Translations under genes and position numbers: made by a program
Shown here: positions 1 through 13,078 of the stretch, piece by piece
How positions within the stretch are numbered: position 1 is the stretch's first letter
How the letters are laid out: the number at the start of each line of letters is the position of its first letter
Source of the DNA: Rhina ancylostomus
Lineage: Eukaryota
Direction: 5' to 3'
NCBI GenBank assembly: GCA_030265395.1
Contig: JARFYF010000046.1
Location: forward strand, 14,808,082 to 14,872,081
DNA: 64,000 nt
Notes under the pieces: generated by a model
What the model saw: the letters and a program-made list of their open reading frames with translations, nothing else
What the model was told of the DNA's origin: nothing
The model's database searches: none

Positions 1-310
1 TAAGAGACTGAATTGATAATCTGAATATGGATGTGGAAAGCATGTGTGAAGTTCTGAATGAATACTTTGCATCTGTCTACACATAAGGTACCTCAGGCCT
101 GGATAAAATATGTCTAGTCACTTAAAAGAAAAAGGAGAAAATATCACAGACTCTGACCAACATTTTTCTGCCACAGGTGTGATGGGGAAGGTCTGGAAGG
201 TTGCTAATGTGATTCCATTGTTTAAAAAAAACAGTGAACTGATAGACTGAGTCTGATGTATGGTATAAATTAACATTTAGGGAAGCACAGGTTAATCAAG
301 GACAGTCATC
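1..310 (+). mobile_element. Decayed CR1-type LINE ORF2 fragment
   Basis: Frameshifted translation gives EVLNEYFASVYT and WKVANVIPLFKK, typical CR1 pre-RT motifs; stops and deletions present. Confidence 0.8.
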
Positions 311-751
311 TTGTTGTGTCTGTGCAATTTAATGTCATGACTGTAGGTTTTTTAGAGTTGCTACTTTTGAAGGAAAATAATACAGGCAGGACTATTAACA
401 AATTATCCTCCTAAAAATGCAGTCAACTTTCTACTCAGTGTAATGGTTAGTACATCAAAAGTCATCCCATATGATTGACTTAATTCTTAAAGACATGCTT
501 GTATATAGAACACTGCTTCCCTCTTTAATAAACCTACAAACTATTAGCAATCTACAAATATAAAATTATACAAATAACAGATTATTTGCAGATATAGTCA
601 TACAGTTATAAATGTAACAAATGTAACATTCCTTAAATATCCCTATCGGTCCCAAAATGCTAAATCATTGTCCAAATGATGCCTTGGACTTGGACTGTTC
701 TTTGCTCTGAGACCTTTCACCTTGATCTAATTCTCTGTCAAAAAACAAATA

Positions 752-940
752 AAACTGCAAATGCTGAAATCTGAACCAAAAAACAGAAATGCTAAACAAA
801 CTCAGGCAGTTAACCAGCTTCCATCGAAAGAGAAACTAGTCAACATTTTGGGTCCTGAGGAGTATCTGAAACATTGACTGGTTCTTTTTCCACAGATTTG
901 GCTTAACTGTCCGAGTTCTTCCAGAATTTCAGTTTATGTT
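752..940. mobile_element. Palindromic Penelope-type non-autonomous element, diverged copy
   Basis: Left arm AACTGCAAATGCTGAAATCTGAACCAAAAAACAGAAATGCT..ACTCAG is mirrored by right arm CTGAAACATTGACTG..CCACAGAT..GAGTTCTTCCAG; same family as 43273-43470. Confidence 0.7.
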
Positions 941-3900
941 CTTAATTCTCTGGCCAGCTTGTGTCTTTGTAGGCCTATGTCCCAACCTCATGGTGGTCCC
1001 CACAGGCTCATCTGTTATCAACACTTTCAGCTCTTGTACCTCACTACCAATGCAGTGCAATGTCTGCTTCACCTGCTAATTCACACATTTTTCAAGCCAT
1101 TAAAGGCAGATACACCAATGGTCAGCACTGCAAATCCATGAATTTTCATTATGGAAGGTATATTTTCTTTTGACATTGGCCACTTGCATTATAAACCTAG
1201 TTCGGGAGATATCTCCTTCCCATCCACTGCTGTGTGGGTTCACTTTCTTTAGCACACAAGCGTCACATGCCTTCAGTTGGCTTCACTGCTGCTTAGCTTA
1301 CCTTTTAGCTCAAGCTTCACAATCCTCTTCAGGTGGGCGGGCTTCAAATTCCATCTTTGTCACATTGCCAGCCGTAATTTGATCAATGCATCGACTTTCA
1401 TTGAGGGAACTTCCTATATTCGCTGCAGTTTCATTCTGGGATTAATGTTCCCTCACTTTCCCAAATAGTTCTATGGTAACTATTACACTATCATTTTCCA
1501 TGACTATTTGGTTGGAGCTGTGGCCAGTGACAGTGGTCAGTTAGTCATGGCCCTCCACCGTAAAGCATGCGTGATTCCTGGATATCATAGCCCATAGGTA
1601 TAATTCTTTAATTTGAGTGACTGGTGTACACTCCTGGCCCATTATTTTAAAATCCAACACAACATTTTATCTCCTCATAACTCAGAAGATCTCACTTACG
1701 TAAATGCCGAACACTATTTTGCTGTTTCAATGGAAGGTGGTTGTGGTGTTTCTGATACATTTCCTGGTCTAAACCAAACTGACTTTCTTCAGATGTTTTA
1801 TTGCATTTTTTTATCAATAAAGATTTTATGCTACAATTCAGTCCAACAGTACTCAAAGCAGGAGCTATATGATTGAATTTTCAGGCCCACAGGAACTTTT
1901 CTTTTAATACAGAACTTTTGATGGCATTCTGACAATAGATACAATAAAGTTTGGTGCAAATGAATGAGTAATGAGCTAATATTTCTGGTAAAGTTTCACA
2001 ATCTGAGACAAGAATTCAAAAGGTAGCATTGTCAACTTCAAATGTCAATCTTACCTACTGCAAGACTAACCTCCTCTACTGCCAAATTCATAATGCACCC
2101 TCTCTTACATCAGGTGGGACTGAACCTTTCAATTTATATGGTCTAACTCATCTTCACCCATCCAGCACTGTTTCAAGTCTTGCATCCACAACTTACGGCA
2201 GACACACAATGGAAACTATTCAATCATTATACCACTTCACTCAAACATATTCTGTATCACTGACTGTCTAATGTCCCTCATTCTTGTTGGAGTAGCCCAG
2301 AAGAAGGCAGATATGTGAAAGCTAAGAGCCATGTTCTCTTCAACTATTAAAGGCAATGCTGTCCTAGATCTGCTCTAAAGTTGCAGATGCAGCTACAACA
2401 TTTGGTAGATTTCATCTGAACCTTTTTGTGAAGCAGTGATATCCCATACGTTTCTCACAATTGAAATAAAGAAATTGTTCCATTAAGCCTCTCACCAGCT
2501 CATCTGCTATATCCGTTTTCCTGCCCCTCCTCCTGTGTGATCTCTCTTTGCTCTCTCAATCACTTTTAATTCCCAGAGCAAACATTACCAGAGCACCCGT
2601 GTCCTGAAAGAATTTGTTTCAGGACAAAAATTAAAATGACCAAAACATTGTACATGGACTCGCACTGTAGATTATTCAAATTTTTGCAAACTATGGAACA
2701 GCTTCAGAAACAGGTAGAAGAGGAAATAACATTGACTGAGACCACCATTATGTTGTTTAATGTTTGTTAGGCTGCACTATGTTAAGATATTAGGTTGGCA
2801 GTTTGAAACTAGCACTGCTAGCATCAAATCAATATTGAATATTGAGCTTACATCATCATTTGTTGATAATGTAAAGATCTCGTGTCACTAGGTGCACTGA
2901 TGAAAGCCCCTTTTATCAAGATAGAATCCTGCACACTTCCCAGGACATAACATATGGATTCCATGTGGCTCAGTTTATTCCCAAAGTTTCTTAATATGCC
3001 TTTATTTACTATTCATTTTGATATTCAAAACCACAGAAAACATGTGACATTTCAATATTCTCCTTTTGCACAAAGATTAATATCTGTGTTTATGATGCTT
3101 TCTAACACCTTTCCAGAGAGCCCCTCCAGACTCTTAAAGGTATCTGGCAGCTAGTATAAAATTCATAGCTCCAATTATTGATCAAAGGTTGATTCATTTC
3201 TGACTAACATTTGTATTAAACTGGGAATATTCTCCAACTTCCATTACAGATTCAAGTTACTCCTGCTGACCCTTCCTGTGATGCTGATGGAGTGCTATTA
3301 TGGAATAACAATACTATTGGTTACAATTTTAACTGAAGAGGTTGCAGGGATAGGAACAAGTACCTCTAATGCAGCAGAAGTACTCTTGATGCAGCCCTGG
3401 ACCAAAGTTTCCATTAGAAATTTCTGAAATCTCCAATTGAAACCCAGCCAGTACCACTAGTCATTCCTGTCAGTTAAAATATCACAGCTTCCATTAACAC
3501 ATGAAAACAAGGCTGGATGAAGAGACAGCTTTTTCAACAATGTAAAATGCATCAACCTTACTGTCTAAGGGGACTTCAACACACTTGTGGGTGTAAGGTG
3601 ATAGTTTTATTTAAGTACAACTAAGTCATACGTGAAAAGTAATAAATAGCTTCAAATTCTAAAAATCAATAACATGTCAACAGATTGTTTAATGCATTTC
3701 AAACACAAAAGTCTTTAAGGGCATGTCAAAAATGGTCCATTAGTCTCAGAGTACAGAAAACATGAATACATGACTGCATCTACAAGTCATGTCAAATCAT
3801 CAATGAGTACTTCCCTAATTATTTGTGTGTAGTATATGAATGTGCTCAATATGCTCACAGTCCCTGAAAATTTGCATTTTAAAATATGCACTAGGGTCAT

Positions 3901-4458
3901 TTTTGATAGCTTTTGAACTACCTGTAAATGCAGTAATGAAACTGTTATGTGTGAAGGAAAAGAACCAATGATGCATAGTTGGGCAATCTTAGAAAGGTAG
4001 ATGACAAGTTTGAGTTTCGGAAGGGGGAGGCAGAGTTTCAATATTTTTGGCGGTGAGGACAGTCCTGGTTCTGCTCTCCTTCTGGTATAACAGAAGCAAA
4101 TAGTTATAAGGAGAGACAATTGTGTCACCCATTGGCAAATTCTTCTGCATCCACTCTCAGTGTCTGTGACCCTTCACTTAATAACCTGGATAGACTTTAT
4201 GGCATCTATACCATTGAACTCTCTTCACCAAAATAATCAGTCATCCCATTAAAGGAGGCGTCATTGCTGCTGAGAGCATGCTTGCCATCAGCCTCAGTAA
4301 TCATGAGGCAGGCATATGTGGATTTCATGGCCTATTTTCTGGGGAGGTTCATATAAGTGTCCGTAAGGTAGAAATCACTTCAAGAGTGATGAGGTACTTT
4401 CTGTGTGTGCTTTAGAACAAATCACCACACAGAGGCTGTTGATTCATTCACACAAGCC

Positions 4459-4615
4459 AAAAAGCACTGGAGACACTTAGTAGGTCAGGAGGCATCTATG
4501 GAAAGTGAAACAGGGTTAATACTTGATGTCTGAGACCCCCCGTCACGTGCTGCTTGATCTGCTGAGGGTTTCTAGAACTTTCTGTTTCATTTTAGATTTC
4601 CACCAAATGCAGATT
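4459..4615. mobile_element. Palindromic Penelope-type element, internally deleted copy
   Basis: AGGTCAGGAGGCATCTATGGAAAGTGAAACAGGGTTAAT arm followed by the TGCTGCTTGATCTGCTGAG..TTCTGTTT..AGATTTCCA arm. Confidence 0.7.
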
Positions 4616-4680
4616 TTTTGTTAGATTATCCTTCCAATAAGTCTCCATGCATTAAAAACTGGCACCTCACCCAAAATGCA

Positions 4681-4784
4681 ATAAACAAGCTGCTGAAGGA
4701 GCTCAGCAGGTCAGGCAGCATCTGTGGAGGGGAATAGATAGTCGACATTTTGAGTCAAGATCTTTCATCTTGACTCAAAATGTC
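4681..4784. mobile_element. Palindromic Penelope-type element (second subfamily), left arm plus perfect 18-bp hairpin
   Basis: CTCAGCAGGTCAGGCAGCATCTGTGGAGGGGAATAG, then GACATTTTGAGTCAAGAT-ctttc-ATCTTGACTCAAAATGTC (4744-4784). Confidence 0.75.
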
Positions 4785-5156
4785 TTGCGTCTCCACCTCA
4801 TCCAAAGATTTATCCTGGTGTAAAGGGACCTTTCTCTTAAAAGTTGAGTCTTGGGACCAAGATCTTTCTTTTCTTATTTGGGAATGGAAATAGGAAGACA
4901 TATTTTGCCAGATGCTTCCCTATACCATCTCTGTCTGCTCTTCTAAACTTGTGTTCCAATGTGCTGTTCTCACATTGATTATCTAAACCTCCCAGGTTGG
5001 GAGGATCTTTCTGGCCATAGTAAGATGGACAGATGGGTCTCAGACAAATGCATTGTGAACATAGTTGAGAAAACTCTTCTGTTACTTCTCAACAGATACA
5101 GGTAAAACTAAAAAGAGGAATTGTGTTAGCATCAAATTGTCTAACATTTATTGATT

Positions 5157-5730
5157 TCATTTATTCATTTTTGTGATATGGGTGTCATTGGAAAGACTAA
5201 TATTTAATGCCCATCCCCAAATGCCCTTGGAAAGTTGGTGGGTGAGATGTCTTCTTGAACCACTGCAGTCCTTCTTGTGAAAGTACTCCCACAGTGTATT
5301 TGTGTGGGGCATGCAGGATATAGGCTCAGCAATGAAGGAGTAGCAATACATCTGCAGAAGAGATAGTATGCAGTTTTGAGGGAATACAGCAGGTGGTTGT
5401 GAGTCCATGTGCCTAAATCACTTGCTTATCGTGGTGGTAGAGGTCATGAGTTTGGAAGGTGCTGTTGCAAATAACTGCAATGCACTTTTGTAGACAGCAC
5501 ACATGGTACACTGCCCTTGAAGGGATTAAATAACAAAGGTGGTGGATGGGCTGCCAATCAAGTAGCTGTTTTGCCTTGATTTGTGTCAAGATTCTTGGAG
5601 CTGCATTCATCTAAGAAAGCAAAGACTCTTCCATCACACTTCTGACTTGTGTCTTGTAAATGATAGAATGGTTTTGGGTTGTCAGGCAGGGAGCTACTCA
5701 CTGCTGGATGCCCAGCTTCTGACCTGCTCA
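5157..5730 (-). mobile_element. 3' end of L2/CR1-clade LINE (partner of the tRNA-head SINE family)
   Basis: Minus strand gives IYKTQVRSVMEE..MNAAP..CTMCAVYKKC-like RT C-terminal remnants and a 3' tail GATGGGCATTAAATATTAGTC..GACACCCATATCAC..ATGAATAAA matching the SINE tail near 61430-61487. Confidence 0.8.
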
Positions 5731-6769
5731 GCTTCTGACCTATTGTTACTTTAAAAAAAGACAGGATCCCTCCTTGTAGCAGCTAAACTGTCATAATGCT
5801 TCTGAAAACATATTGGCTGCACAGCTAAATTCTGAAAGGTGCCATTTCATGTATTAAGCCAACAAAGACCTTTAATTCCTTTCCTCATTGGATATATCTC
5901 CCACTCCTAGGCACAAGGCCTGCAAATGCTGTCACATATCATGTTAGTAACTTGAACCTAAAAAATACAAGATGTGGTTCAGCCATGTATCATCTAATGA
6001 AGATTAGCATTACTGGAGTTAGATGACAGCAGGAAAGACGTTGAGGAAAAACAATAGTGGTGATTATTTCTAATGAAATTTTATAAAATATTGCATTATC
6101 TTGCAAATTTCTTGGTGATGTAAATCCAGCACTTATGTTGCTGTATCCATCTTTCTTAATATTTTCCTGGTTAAAATATTTTTTCCTTTGGTATGAAAAT
6201 GTATTCCCTTTTGAAACATGGTGCACTTGAAAATGTGAGGCAATTTACATGCTTAAATATTTTTGAAAGCAACTTGATTTTTGTTTAGGCTTATACACAA
6301 AAAAAACACTATCCACTGGTTCATTATGTTAGAACTACAGTGGCTTAGAATGATTGATGTCTTTGTTTCAATAATGGAGCAACGTTCAACTTTTAGCCTT
6401 GCCATTAATAAAAGTTTAGCTCAGTTGCTTCCCTCTGTACAAGGGGTGGTTAAGGTACACTTAAGGTGGTTTAGATCTGGATTGAGGTCAGCATAGTTAC
6501 ATAATTGGAAAAGGTAGGCTGCATAGGACAAGGGGGAGGGACATTGAAGAAAAATGAATTTCATAAAAAAGAAAAAAAAGCATCAGTATACTGCCAACAA
6601 GTAAATGTCAGCTAAATAATGAAAGTGCTAAATATGCTATGTTGCAGAGTATGCATGTCAAACTCCTTTCTAAGTTTAGAAACTAATTTTGGAAGTGGAG
6701 TACAAACTAAGTGGGCACCCCTACTCCTACTCTGCAATTTAATCCACTTTTGATTTCTGCCCTTCCCTC

Positions 6770-6890
6770 CAGCTCTGAGGAACGTTCATCGATCTGAAAT
6801 ATTAACTCTGTTTATTTTTCCACAAACTTTTCTGACCCGCAAAGTACCTGCAGTATTTTCTGCTTTTATTTTGTATTTTCATCAGCATTT
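6770..6890 (+). mobile_element. Right arm of palindromic Penelope-type element
   Basis: CTCTGAGGAACGTTCATCGATCTGAAATATTAACTCTGTTT..CCACAAAC..CTGACC..AGTATTTTCTGCTTTTATTT. Confidence 0.65.
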
Positions 6891-7049
6891 TTTTTTACTT
6901 TTCTGACAGACTTGTCCATTTACCTTAGATCTGCTTGTACATTTGTTGAAACTGTCTTGATTCATTTCATTAGATTGAATGAGAATTTGATGTCTTTCTA
7001 TTTGCCAGCCTTGATTTCCTTGCCTGTGTCTAAATCCTAAAGTTTCAGT

Positions 7050-7570
7050 TTAATTCTTTGGTGCTTGTCACATTCTAGGAAGGCTATGAGGTAGGGTACA
7101 GCAATGATTCATGAGGATGTTGCCAGAAGTGAAGGCTGATGGTTCTGGGGAGAGACAATCTCATGCTGGGTTGAGGTTCTTTTATTTGGAACAATGACTG
7201 CTGAGGGCAGGTGTACAAAATTGTGAGAAGATTTGATAGGGTGAACAGGTGTGACCTATTTCCCTAAGCAGAGATGACAATCATTGCATAGGTTTGTTTT
7301 AATTGTGAGAGGATTAGAAAAGATTTGAGGAAAGCCATCTTCACTCTATGAGTGTTGGGAATCTGAGACTCATTAAGAAAGTGGGAGAAACAGAAAACTT
7401 ATTTGCAAGGTACTGTACTTGGAAGAACAAATGATGTGATGTAACAAACGCTGCTATGGGCCAAGATTTGGGAAAGGGGATTAACCTAAAGTCCATTTTA
7501 GCCTTCTGAAGATGATGGACAAATGGTCTCATTCATATCATTCATTTTGCTTTTCTGTAATTCCATGACT
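7050..7570 (+). mobile_element. Decayed CR1 LINE 3' fragment
   Basis: RVQQ*FMRMLP, LRAGVYKIVR-like, FDRVNR..LFP motifs and a CR1-like 3' UTR (GATGGACAAATGGTCTC). Confidence 0.7.
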
Positions 7571-7975
7571 GCTTTTGCCTACAACTCATTTTGGCCTTTA
7601 AGTTAAACAATTATATTGATTGTATGAAAACTATGACAAATGCATATTCCTGTCAAGTTTCAGTTTCAGTTTAATCTAATTAAGTTAAACCTTGAACAGG
7701 AAAGTAAACATACCGGTGATGTTTTAAAAAAAATAATTGTGTAAGTAACATGCAAAGCAGCAGTTGTAAATAAATCAGCTCTTTATAAACAGTCTTGGCT
7801 CAAAAAGTCTTTGTAATTTTTATTACAATTCAGATAAAAATATTGATGGAGCATGGTTTACGTGGTGCTTACCTTACCTTACAAGGACACCATTCACAAG
7901 GTTTATTTTGCCAGTATGTGAATTGAAGTTCTGTTTCATTAACGATGCTCACTACCTCTGTACCCCAGCTCTGGA

Positions 7976-8017
7976 CAGCTGGTTGGAACTTCCTGTGGGA
8001 AGGTCATTCACTTCCTG
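7976..8017. promoter_or_regulatory. Candidate enhancer/promoter motif cluster (E-box, two ETS, RBPJ/Ikaros, NR half-site)
   Basis: CAGCTG 7976-81, ACTTCCTGT 7988-96, TGTGGGAA 7994-8001, AGGTCA 8001-06 and CACTTCCTG 8009-17 within 42 bp of non-repeat sequence. Motifs only. Confidence 0.3.
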
Positions 8018-11000
8018 ACTGTATACAATTTGCAAAATCCCAAGAGGATGAGAAAGTTTCTTGTGAACAGTAAACAGGCCCTTCTTTATTGTGGGGATAA
8101 TTAACTACTTTCCTTTATTACTGTTCATGAACTCTAGCTGGTGCATTGTACAAGGGGAAGATTTCAAACCCTGGTTGGAGAAAACCCTGGGCCACCTTGG
8201 GTTGACAACAACAATGAGATTTTGTCTTCCTTTTATGTTTTAAAAAAAAAGTCTGTGGCCTAGAATTTAGTCAACAGCAGTAAATATTCTGCTTGTCTGC
8301 CGGCCATTAAAAAATTCAGTCATGCACAAAGCCCATTATCTAGGGCACAACATGAGGAAAGGTCTTTCTTTTGCTTGCTCCATCAGTGAAGAGCATATGA
8401 AAGAATGTTTGTGTTGGGGCCAGGGAGGAGGGACCCAGCATCAGGTGGATGGCCTGGGGAAGTAGAAGGGTTGTTTTGAGGATTGTCTGCTGGGATTTGG
8501 GGCTGGGTTGAGGTCCATCATGGGTTTGGATGTGAAGGTGTGATCTACAGTCAGGGTTAAGGATCAGAGGTCAGGGATGGGAGTATGTTGGGTCCTTGGG
8601 ACAGTTTGGTGTGTTGAATGATGATGTTGGGTGAGAGTCACAGGTTTTGAGGGAGAATGAGGGTCACAATCATGGGAAAGGGGCAAGAGGACAGCCTAAG
8701 GAAGAGCAGGGCACCCAAGTTATTTAAAGCAGAGTCAGGTTTCCTTAAGACAACTGGAACAGGCTTAACAAGCTGCTGAATTCTGCTTCTACATGTGTGA
8801 ACTGCAACATACTCAGGACACACGTGTACCTGAAATATCGCTGTACATGTCCATAACCCTCTGTGCATTAACGCCTCAGATGCACAGAAGACTCCGAGTG
8901 GGGAAAAAAAAATCACAGGTGTTACAAACGACCTTGATTATCGGTAATGGTCTTATTTTTCATAGAGATTGGATCATGTCTTGCAATTTATAGCTTTTCA
9001 CAGGATCATTCAGAATGAGGAACAGGGTCAACTAATTGAGATCATGAGCCAAAGGCTATATTTTAATTCCCATTTCTTATCCCAAGAAATGCCATTCTCC
9101 CTTCAGAGGCAGAATAGGTGTCATTAACCACTGCTTTCCAGAAGCCAACCTTGCATCCTTTTTTAAATCCATGAGTGATTACTGCAGCATATGTAGATTG
9201 TGCAGGCTTCTCGGGAAGTGTGCAACAACATGCAAGGTTTCTGTAAATACTTGAACATTACCTCTCCTGACTTTGTAATCCATGACAATGTGGAAAGATA
9301 TGCCAATAACCATGGATGAAAAAGTGATTGCTGGATATTATTATTAAGAAAATGGTATTTTGGAAGAAATTGATTTTTATTTTTGCTGCCACTGATCAGT
9401 GCAGAGCATATTCTGATACCCATGACCTTTCTTACTTTGCAATGAGCACTTACAGAGTGGACCTTAGGAGCATAGACTACTGTCTGAAGTTATTTTCCCA
9501 CAAGGTTGCTGTGCCATTGCCTTTGCTTCCAGCAAATGACTTCAATCAATGGCTTTTTTCATCAGGTGAGACACAGAGAGAGTCTAAAGTAGAAGGAAAA
9601 GTTTCATTCATTCTGTAAGTCTAATGCACATGTTGTCACTCTTCTCAGTCATCACATAATTCATGGAATGGTCACTAATACAACACCTGTACAGCAACGA
9701 AGAGAAAAGTAAACTCTTGCAAAGCTGCTTTAAACTTCCAGTCCCACGTGGCCTCAATCAGCAGAAACTGCCTTAAGTTCAAATGTTGCCAAGAAATTGA
9801 ATAAGAGCAGGAATTTCAAAGTATTCTGCATGAGGTAAACAAAATAGTCATTTAACCATTCCTCTTCCAGCTACCTCAGAACCTTAATGCTCTAAGTACC
9901 ATTTAGAAATTGGAGTGATGTTCAAAGTGCAGTTAAATGACAGACTTTGAGTTTCCTCCACCTGCACTCACACCAGGGATTGAAATGAGCCTAGTAAGAA
10001 AATGTTTTGTAAAAAAGACCCATGCTTCTTTGTAACTTGATCAATCACTAATAAACAACAAAATTGTTGCTGGATTTTTCTCAGTAAAAGTAGCATCATA
10101 ACTATATATCATTTGCAGCATTAATTTAACATACAGGAGAGTTGTATTGCATATTAGCTTCATTAACATTCAAGATAATATTATTCCTTGTGGTGAAAAT
10201 TCAGTACGATTTCCATTTTGTTGCTGCCAATCCTTTTCTGAAGAGTTATACCGGGAGAATGAAATTTGTTTCAAAGTATTATCTACTTGGTCCTCTTTCA
10301 CTGTTGCATTGACTTACACAATCATTCACTTTTACAAGGATATGCAATTTACTTGCTTGTATTCACTTTCATTTCACGCATCATAAATTCTATGAGAAAT
10401 AAGACTTAACCAATAACCCATGTTAGAACTTCTTTGGTACTTTTTTAGTGACTTCACAATTAAAGTCCTTATACTTAACATGTTATTTTTGCGAGCTTAA
10501 GACAGATGTCTGCAGTTATCATGTGAAAACATGGTTCAACATCATATTCTTTGTACATCTATTAAAAACAAGTGAGATGTTAAAAAACACATAAAGGTTA
10601 CTGAAGGTCATACAGCAATAAATGCTCTAATCAATATACTATTTTTGCTATATCTCAAGAGAGTTCACAGTTTTCAGTACATTCACCTGGTTTCATATGT
10701 AATGGGCTACTTCCAATATTCTTTCTGACATACAGCATTGGTTATGTCTTACTTCTCAGATATATCAGAAGTTAAGATGCACATAATGGAAGTTAAATGA
10801 ATACGCGTAAGTGAATTTTGTGCATAACAAATCCTATTAGAAATAAAAAGATTATTAAATGCAATAGACAAACAAAACAGATATTTTGAAATAAATCTCA
10901 TTCTTCCAGTATTACTCAACAGAAAAGGATCAGCAGCATCAGAATGAAAATCATATTGAATCATCACCACAAAGGAATAATGTTGCTTCAATCAAAAATG

Positions 11001-11289
11001 TTATTTATTGTTAACCAAGGCATCATGATTACAATACAATATTAATTCATATTTATTGTTCAGAATACGATAGAGGACATGCGTCACATAGAGGAATTTT
11101 GAGTTAATCTACAAAGCTCCAAGATGCGCACTTCTTCGCAACTGAGTTCACCCTAGTCAAAAATATTAAATCCAAACTATAAAGTATTAATGCAAGAGAA
11201 AACAGGGCTGAGCTGCATGCTGGTGTCTGATTTAGAAATATTTTTCACCTTGTAGACATTTTGATACATAAAGCCTCTTGTAGGCCAAT

Positions 11290-11470
11290 GAGAAATATTG
11301 GTGAGACCACTGCATGATGCAGTTAAGATGAATAGCATAAATTTATTAAAGGGGAAACTGGCAAAATACCCAAGGGACAAAGGAACAGAAAGGCATGCTA
11401 ATGCAGTGATATGGAGCAGGGAGAGGCTGCAGTGTAAGCTCTAGCTGACAGATCCACCCCTGTCTTGTAA
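11290..11470 (+). mobile_element. Old CR1 3' tail remnant
   Basis: AAAGGGGAAACTGGCAAAATACCCAAGGGACAAAGGAACAGAAAGG resembles the CR1 terminal KGKLDKYM..KGIEG segment, followed by 3' UTR-like sequence. Confidence 0.5.
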
Positions 11471-12819
11471 GTCATTAGTAGAAGTATAGATCAAAAGTTT
11501 AAATAAATTGGAACCATGGCTTCAGTAAAAACCAGGCATTGTCTCTTAAATGGAAAATATTTTAATAATGTCAACAAACAAACTTAAATGATACTTTATT
11601 GTAGCCTGAACAAACCAATGATTCTTCACCACTTGTTTGAAAAACAATTAAGTTTTAATTGGTCCAAATGAAACACACATTTTAAAAACAATATAAACAA
11701 CACAGTATTTACTTTGAACAAAATCTCATTTGGACAATGTGCTCTGTGTTTTATGTTTAATGATAGTGCTGAGACAAGTTGTTATTTTCAGTAGAGTTCA
11801 GTGTTCACCTTTTGCTGTTCCAAATTTCAATATGATTTCATGTAAGAGAAGTAAAATATTTTAATATTTCCCTAGTAAAAATGGTTTTTCAGGGTTTTTT
11901 AAACCACAAGGCCTTATTTTATGTAAATTAAAAGATATATTGACAGACAATAATTTAATTATTCACAATATTCTTCATTCAAATGACAAGCAAGTGTCCA
12001 GTTCGTTCATCCAGCCATTTCCATACTAATGCGAGTTGGCCATCACCTCCTCTCTTCCACTATCATGTAATCACCTGGGAAATGTAAAGAAAAAAGATTC
12101 TGCTATTAAGAAAAAAGGTATGCTCTGGAAATTTTCACTCTGAACCCCTCTGGTGATCAAAACCAGTCCAGGAGATCACATGGACCATGTGTTCTCCATT
12201 AATCCATTCATTTAAATACAGGGATGAAAAAGGCAATATGATTCTTTGAGCCAGTTCCTGCTATTAAGAAAATGCAACTTTTATTTCATAAACTATATCA
12301 ATGAGCTTAATCCTTTGAGGAAATATGCCAAGGTAATCATGCAAAAGTTCAGAATATCAATACAGCTTTACAATCGACATCAAACATCACTGAATAGTAA
12401 TTTTCCATGACATACCATGGCATCTCCAATATTCCTTCAATCCAGGAACAATTGTATTCCACAGAGTATTTATTCATTGTCTCTATCAGACTTTTTCCTA
12501 AGATCTCCAGATCAATAAACAAAGTAAAATCCCTTTGATTAATAACAGAACCATCAAACAATCTCCCTGCAACCAAGAGCTGGATGTTAAATATTAACAA
12601 TGTGTACAGTTTGCATGGAATACAGTATGTGTGTGTTTGTATGTGTCTCCTGGGGGGAGTTGCAGGTAGTGGTTGGGAACTGGCAGTATGTTAGGGTTGT
12701 GGTGGGTAAGAAGGTTATTAAAAATTCTAGGATTTGAAATGGAAAAGAGGGGACAAAAGCCTCTATGAAAAACAGATGGGCCAACAGGTGCTCCCTGGGG
12801 AATATTAGCAGTTCTGACA

Positions 12820-13078
12820 GGCAGTTCAGAGTCAACCTTGTTGGTGGGTCTGAAGTAACATATGGCGCAGACCAGGTAAAGATGGTAGATTTCCTTCACT
12901 GAAGGACATTAATTGGGCTTTTACAACAAATCAGTAGGTTCATGGTGATGGTTACTGAGACTAAATTCTTTGAAATTCTAAATGTGTTTCATTAAATGAA
13001 CTTCAGTCTCAACTGCCATGTCTCTGGAACATCGGTCCAGGACTTTGGCTGGGAGTCCAGTCACTATGCCACTGTACA
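12820..13078 (-). mobile_element. tRNA-head SINE (same family as 14955-15378 and 61235-61487)
   Basis: Reverse complement has A-box-like CAGTGGCATAGTGACTGGACT and family core TAATGTCCTTCAGTGAAGGAAATCTACCATCTTTACCTGGTCTG. Confidence 0.75.

Noticed and set aside
950-3500. Possible decayed retroelement or exon-bearing region with several 60-90 aa ORFs
   Set aside because: No motif or consistent splice pattern could be identified by eye; left unassigned.
11177-11380. 67-aa ORF resembling a secreted peptide
   Set aside because: Its start lies antisense within a CR1 3' tail remnant, and no family motif is recognisable.
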